A stretch of 64,000 nt of DNA, from contig OZ241827.1 of the NCBI GenBank assembly GCA_965202585.1, forward strand, positions 45,632,001 through 45,696,000. The letters run 5' to 3'. The first letter of the stretch is position 1, and every line of letters starts with the position of its first letter. Shown piece after piece: positions 63,642-64,000 of this stretch. The position numbers were made by a program, and so were the translations under genes. Under the pieces are notes generated by a model. The model did not search any database and was not told the DNA's origin. It saw only the letters and a program-made list of their open reading frames with translations. This stretch comes from Thalia democratica. Taxonomy: Eukaryota.

Positions 63642-64000
63642 GTTCGTACTGAGTAGTCTTTATTTATAAAAAAAATTGATCTTTTTTTTTTAATGAATAA
63701 GCTTTGAAGAATTATTATCCTATCTTTTTTAAAGGAACTTTGTAAAATCTTTTAAGTAGAATTATTTTTGAGTCGTTTTTTTTTTTTACTGCATAAAAAG
63801 ACTTACAACTTTAGTTTAACATTTAGTTAATTTAAGGAGAAAATATAGGGGTTCAGTTTTAGATTTTAAACTTCCTTTTAATTTTTTTGGGTCTTAATTC
63901 TAAATAGGTTTAACAGATTCTCGCTTTTTAAAACTATTTTAATGAAAGTTAGATAAACTTATTGTTTTTAAAATTATAAAATACTGTGTTATCCAAATTA

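Overview
Very AT-rich eukaryotic DNA, almost certainly metazoan (spectrin/DH-PH RhoGEF, CR1 LINE), with spliceosomal introns. I cannot name the species. I assembled four + strand protein genes by hand from splice sites and reading frame. (1) An intronless MED10 (4082-4480). (2) A 5-exon GPKOW (4470/4494-15338) whose first in-frame ATG lies inside the last codons of MED10. (3) A 13-exon secreted three-domain multicopper oxidase with bacterial-type motifs (24067-31663). (4) A PLEKHG4/puratrophin-like RhoGEF (34282 to beyond the window end, 17 exons seen). Introns and intergenic DNA hold many MITEs and foldback elements, TTAA-flanked Kolobok-like elements, a perfect-TIR Tc1/mariner MITE, and a young 5'-truncated CR1-type LINE. 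The best candidate for an undescribed system is the MED10-GPKOW unit: two conserved genes with no intergenic space. A branch-point heptamer overlaps the MED10 stop codon and an AG acceptor sits 1 nt before a GPKOW ATG. This suggests a dicistron resolved by trans-splicing or alternative 3' splice choice. Other notable signals are a probable horizontally acquired, intron-rich copper oxidase and an unusually high share of GTT/GTC splice donors. All gene models are manual and GC values are by-eye estimates. No tRNA, rRNA or CRISPR array was seen.
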